Of a stretch of 64,000 nt of DNA, positions 58,460 to 64,000 are shown piece after piece. The stretch's first letter is position 1; each line of letters starts with the position of its first letter. The notes under the pieces are model-generated. The model saw only the letters and a program-made list of their open reading frames with translations, did not search any database and was not told the origin of the DNA. The DNA comes from Octopus sinensis (taxonomy: Eukaryota): the NCBI RefSeq assembly GCF_006345805.1, contig NC_043015.1, positions 37,820,001 to 37,884,000 on the forward strand. The letters are read 5' to 3'. The translations under genes and the position numbers were made by a program.

Positions 58460-61400
58460 AGCTATGAGGGTGTTGTTGCGAGCGGCAGATGGAGCAGTGG
58501 TGCCATCACCCAGCAGCTGTTGAGCCCAGTATTGTGCCACTGCACTACAGCAGAAACATGACCAAGAAGAGCCACCAGGAGCAGCACTTGCAAACAAACA
58601 CATTTGCCAGTGCTCTACACACACACACACACACATACACGTACACACACACGCCATTTTCATACCACAGACCTGTCCTCTCATTTGTTTGCTTGCTCAC
58701 TTAAAAGTTTTCCACTTTGCTGTGAAATTAATCTAGCTGATAAGTGCCTTGTTGAATCCAAGGATTTGCCCCCTCCCCTCCAAAAAGAAAATATTATAAA
58801 CAAGAGAAGAAAAAAAAAATATTCATCAATTCTTAAGCTACAGAAAAATCATAAAAGATTTCCCCCCTCCCCTCTCTCCCCCCTGACCTTTCCTATGTGA
58901 AAAATTCCATTTGTGACCGCTGGTATGGGATAATGACCACCACTAAAGACAGGAATATTGGGCAAACAGATGAAAAATAAAAGGAAAAAAATATAATTTT
59001 CATTCAAAGGTGGGTGGGGGGGTGAAAATGATTTTTGTCTTTTTTTCTTTCCCCTCACTATTTTTTATTTTATTTTTTTATCTTCCTGGGATTTTTTAAT
59101 TTGTTCCTTTTTTTTCCCCCCCATAAAAATATATAAAAATCTTAAATTATCTTTACACTTAGTGTTTGCGGCACACAAAGCTAAGAATGGTGAACTGGCT
59201 GTTTTGGGTGAGCGGCGCCCTGCTGTCTCTAATTTCCCTTTCTCCCTCCCTCCCTCCCACTGCTGATGGCACCTCCCCCCCCAACTCCTTGTGACACTTG
59301 AACTTTTCTTTTGTCTTTTTTTTCTCTCAATTCTTCCTTTCACACAACACTCGGAAAAAAAAAAAAAAACTTTCAGAAAAAAAACAACAAACAAAACTTA
59401 CAGGACCTATTCTGGTGTTCATCCCATTATTAATCCTCAAAAGTCTTAAAATATATTTTAATAAAAAGATGTCAACCAGCCAATTTGATAGTACAGCTTG
59501 TTCAGTGGTAGATGGCGGAGGAGAATGGCCTAAGACAACAACAACAACAACAACAATGATGATGGTGGTGATGTTAATGGTTAATCATTAATTAGGCAAG
59601 TTTGGTTGGTTAAGTGGAGAGCCACTCTGTTCTTGTGTGTGCAGTTAGTTTGGTGAGGGCCTTCAAGGTTTTTGAAAATATAAAAGAGGAACTTGGATTT
59701 TTTTATTTTTCTCTAGGATTGATAAAAACAACAAAATTAAATAGGTTTTGCTGCCTCCAAGAATTAAACTTCTGTTAACATATTACGTAGGTAAGTCCTC
59801 AAGATTTAGGTTGGAATTTTTTTTTTGCGGGGTGGGGTCCCATGCCCTGGTTGGGGTTTGCACCCCTCCCCTTTTGTTTTTTTTGTTGTTTTCATCTAAT
59901 TTCTCTTCTCTCTATCAGACTGGCCTGCTCCTGGACAAGATTAACTGTGGCCTTTGTGTGTCTTAGTTGCTATAGAAGAGGCGAAACCACTTTATCAGAA
60001 TGGCCTGCCATTTTCAGTTAGGATGATTTAGTGTTCCAGCTCGGCACCCCCCTGCCCAATACCCCTTCCCTTTCTTTGGAGTGAATGTTGATGGCTTCGT
60101 GTGGAGTTACTAACTTTTGGGAAGAATAGACCCAGCTTATGTCTTTTGTTTTTTTACCTGATTTCAAATATTTGCTTTTAGTTTGTCCACATTTTCTTGC
60201 CTGCAATTCTTGCACCTCTCCCTCCCTCGGACCTAAACCTTGCAGTTTCACTCTCTTCCGCTTTGCACTGTGCCATCTAAACCCACCCCCACACCCCCTC
60301 CCACACAGTGCTGTTGCTTTACATGTTTGGAACAGTCATCACTTTTAAAAAAAACAAACAAGGATAAGTCTACCATTACACGAAGAGTTTTGTTGGATGT
60401 AGTCAATAGCTTGGCTTTAGGTTCAGTTCTCGCTATCTCTTACTACCCATTATCATATATGTATGTGTATATATATATATATATATGTCATATATATGTA
60501 TGTATGTGTCATATATATGTATCATATATATGTATATAATAAATTGGCTTGTGGATATTAAGATGTAAAAAGATGCTGCCATCATGTGGTGATTTTTCTT
60601 TGTGCTTTATAATCCTCTCCATCTACAGACCACCACTTTGATGCTCAATGTATTGGCTTTTGTTTGGTGCTGGTAGGGCTTTATCCCAAGCTAGGCTGAC
60701 GTAGAAGAAAATATTGATGGTTATTTTTTAGGTCGTCTGTTGTGTGCGATTTGCAAACTTGAGGTCTGTTGGGACTCGCAGCGGTGAGGATGGCAACGGA
60801 AACTTGTTTCAAATCTTGTGCACAGTTATATTCACAGCCAAGTCTCAAACTTTGTGGGTCTTTGAAGTTCTTCCCCTTGTTAGCTTATCATAGTTTGAGA
60901 GAGAAAGAGAGAGAGAGAGTGAGAAAGAAAGAGAGAGAATTTTCAAACCCCATTGGTTCTGCTTCCCCAGTTTGGCAGCCCTAGTTGTAATTTTATACTT
61001 CATCCTATTTTTGCATTATCAAGTATTTGAAACCACAGACCTTGTTGGGGTTTGTATAAATATTAAAATATAATAATATATATATATATATTTTTGCAAT
61101 TTGAGAGTCTATCTTGTAGAAGATTTTAAAAGAAAGAATTTAACCAAAAAATTTTAAAATGGAAACTTATATGTATAAAAAAAAAACTTGAAAATCTTTT
61201 TAAAAAAATAATCTAAATATATATATATCTGTATACATTAAAAAAAGATTGAATATTTGAGTGAAAGATTGATTGTGGAAAAGTGAGGGAAATGGAGAAG
61301 TTTGATTGCGAAAGTGTGTGTGATTCTATTCGATATTGTTACCACCATTGGCCATATCTGACTGAAAAGATAGGCTTTCTACCATTCCACATCCTACCAT

Positions 61401-61748
61401 TTACCACTGGGTTCCAAGTGGCCTCTGTCGCTCGTGGTGACTCGGTACATTTCTGAAATCTATCTCTCCTTCCTTCCTTCAGCTTCTCTTAGCTTCTTCA
61501 CTTGGCATACCCCCAACCCTCACACCCAGCCCTCCCTCCCTGTTGCTCCGCACACCCGCATCCCTCTCTTTCTGTGGGAGTCAGTGTTGATTGAGATTAA
61601 CGTTGACTAAAGAATTTCCAAAAAAGAAAAAAACCTCGGACGCAATGCTGCCTTCACCCTCCAATGTTTTCCTTGTCTTTTCCCTTCTTGCATTCTCAAT
61701 CTTTAGTCAAGATGACTAAGATTGCTTTATGTACGTATATCGTGTGTG

Positions 61749-61792
<44 letters not shown>

Positions 61793-63508
61793 ACTATATA
61801 TATACACACACACTGTTTGTATTTATGCAGAAGGAGCGGAATTACCTTTTAAATTGGGAACGGGTTTTAAAACAGGGACAAAATGTTCGTTTTTAATCAT
61901 CTTAAAATGCACTCTTACCCTCCACCACTCCTCCTCCTCCTCCATTTGTCAAACTCTGTCACATTTTGACTTCTCTCTCTGATGATGACGGCTGCTTCTT
62001 CTCCTCCACCGACCTCAGGTGAAACAGATGGCTGCTGTTTATTATTCTCTCCCTCCCCCTCGCTCCACACAGGACACACCCCTTTCTCTATCTATCTCTC
62101 ACACACACACACACACACACCCGTAGATAAACCTTCTGATTTAAAGATGATATCCAACAGATTAAAAACCCCAGCTTAGAAAGACAACCTCACTATTTAC
62201 ATTTCTTTATTATTATTATTATTATTAGTCTATTAAAAACAAGAGCAAAATTCTAACTTTGCTAAAATTACTATTTTATCTTTAAATTTAATTTTATCAA
62301 CTCTCACTACTACTACTACTACTGCTGCTGATTTCATCCTTTTTTTGCTTTTTTTCTTTCAATTTTTGGCAGCTCATCATGGTTTTAAGTTCTCTCTCTC
62401 CTCTCTCCTCTCTCTCTCGCTCATGTTTTGTCCTCTCTCTCTCTCTTTATTTTCCATCTTCCTTTTTTAGTAAATGACTTTGTCTTCTTTCTCGGCTTCT
62501 CTTTGTCCTTCGTTTTCTCTCAAAGGTCTTCTCTTTCTTTCTATTCTCTACTCCTCACGCTTTCTTCTTCTTGGCAAACTTTTTCCCATTTTAGAAAGTG
62601 AATTCATATTTTCTAGTTAATTATTATTATTGTTGTGTGTGTGTTTGATTCTAAAAAAAAAAAATCTTTTTTTATATCTCAACATGACAAATGGGTGAGG
62701 GGGTGGGTTTCATTTTTAACACCATTTCTTCTTGTCATTCTTCTGGCTTCAACACCACCTCTACACACACACACACACACACACCACCTCTACACACTTG
62801 CACTCTCTCATTGCAGACTTTAATCGGGGTGGGAGGGAGGATTATTACAATTAAATACCCCCACCCCATCTGCAGACTGATCTTTGGTGTCTCTTCAACA
62901 TCCTATCTTCAAATATAAATCCATGAATCCAGCCCCCCCCCTACAATTGATCGGCAACCATTCACTTCTTCTATTTTCAAGAATCCTAGTTCCCCACCAC
63001 CACCACTCTTACGTTTTTAGCATTTTGAGTTCTTTCTTTCTTTCTTTCTTTCCACCTCTGTTGGCCATTCTTGCATGAGGTTGAGCTCTTGGATTAGACT
63101 GGGGGATGTCTGCATTTAGAACCTGTGGGTGCTGGATGGTTCGGGGTTGTTTGGTTGGTTTGTTTTTTTTTTTTTTTTTTTTATCCCATGGGAACAAAAA
63201 ATATGGTAGTTTTTCTTTTATATATATATATTTATATTTATTTATATATATATATATTAATAGCCGTGAGTTTAATTTATATGTAAAATTCACTGGGGTT
63301 CTTTTGATTTTTGTTTTTTTTTTTAGCATTTTCTTTTTCCTTTCTTCAATCTTACCTTAATAATAATAATAATAATCACTTTTTTCTTCTTGCACTGCCT
63401 AGAGGTTTTTCAGTTCTTTAAAAAAAAAAAAGACATATTTTGAAAGAACCAGCTGAAATCTTTTCCCAAACAACATTGGATGACAAAAAAAAAATATTTG
63501 AAAATAAA
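58460..63508 (+). other. Probable long 3' UTR of PTB; distal end unknown
   Basis: No coding signal after the stop, U/CU-rich, nearly free of the SINEs that fill the introns. AATAAA at 58976, 59460, 60538 and 63503. Confidence 0.5.
58744..58750 (+). promoter_or_regulatory. miR-124 7mer-m8 seed match (GTGCCTT) in 3' UTR
   Basis: Exact complement of miR-124 nt 2-8 (AAGGCAC), about 285 nt after the stop. Confidence 0.5.
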
Positions 63509-64000
63509 AAAAAAACACTACAGTTCCCATAAAAATGTATAAAATGTAAAAGTGAAATTATTAAAGTATATGGTTTTGTAATTAACTGTTGAGTGGTGTT
63601 CCATTTGCCAAGCACACAACTTAATTGGAGGTGTTTACATACATATATTACTTCATTATTATTATTAATATTATTATATTTTTGCTTTAGCAACATAAAA
63701 AAATGAAAAAAAAAAAAAGACCCCCTTTTCTCTCCCATTTTCTCCTCTGCCCCTTCTTTTAAAAGTAATCCGTGTTTCAGCTTTCTTTGGAAAAAAAAAA
63801 TACTTGCAACAACAACAAAAAGCTCTAAAAAAATATGCGAAAACGCCAAAAAAAAAAGGTCCTTCCTGCCCTGTCGCCGCCCCCCTCCCTCTTCCACTGA
63901 AACTCTATCTTACCTCTATTATTATTAATTACTATACGTTCTTTTAACCACAATTTCTCTGAACTAGTTTTAAGCACACCTTTTACTGTTCTATATATAT

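Noticed and set aside
63418-63897. 159-aa minus-strand ORF
   Set aside because: Low-complexity F/K/N-rich translation of A/T runs.

Overview
Eukaryotic, AT-rich, microsatellite- and SINE-rich genomic DNA. The repeat families and style point to a coleoid cephalopod, probably Octopus; this is inference, not a database match. The window holds one multi-exon protein-coding gene on the + strand: the polypyrimidine tract-binding protein (PTB; orthologue of vertebrate PTBP1/2/3 and fly hephaestus). I reconstructed its exons by hand from GT-AG boundaries, phase continuity and homology. Core coding exons run from 43913 to the stop at 58459 and encode four RRMs. There are two alternative upstream coding exons (32616-32640 and 37741-37902) and candidate alternative exons in the RRM2-RRM3 linker. 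The protein is about 550-600 aa depending on linker exons. The true first exon for the 32616 isoform was not located. Introns contain many tRNA-derived SINEs, an RTE-related short element, MITEs and two decayed RTE LINE fragments. The most interesting signal is the apparent splicing-control architecture: a 34-nt frameshifting exon with a long AG-free zone and a candidate distant branch point, three intronic YAG|GT recursive-splice-like sites, a 21-nt microexon with UGC and TGCATG motifs, and a miR-124 seed site in the 3' UTR. No rRNA, intact tRNA, CRISPR array or prokaryotic system was seen. Repeat boundaries are approximate.
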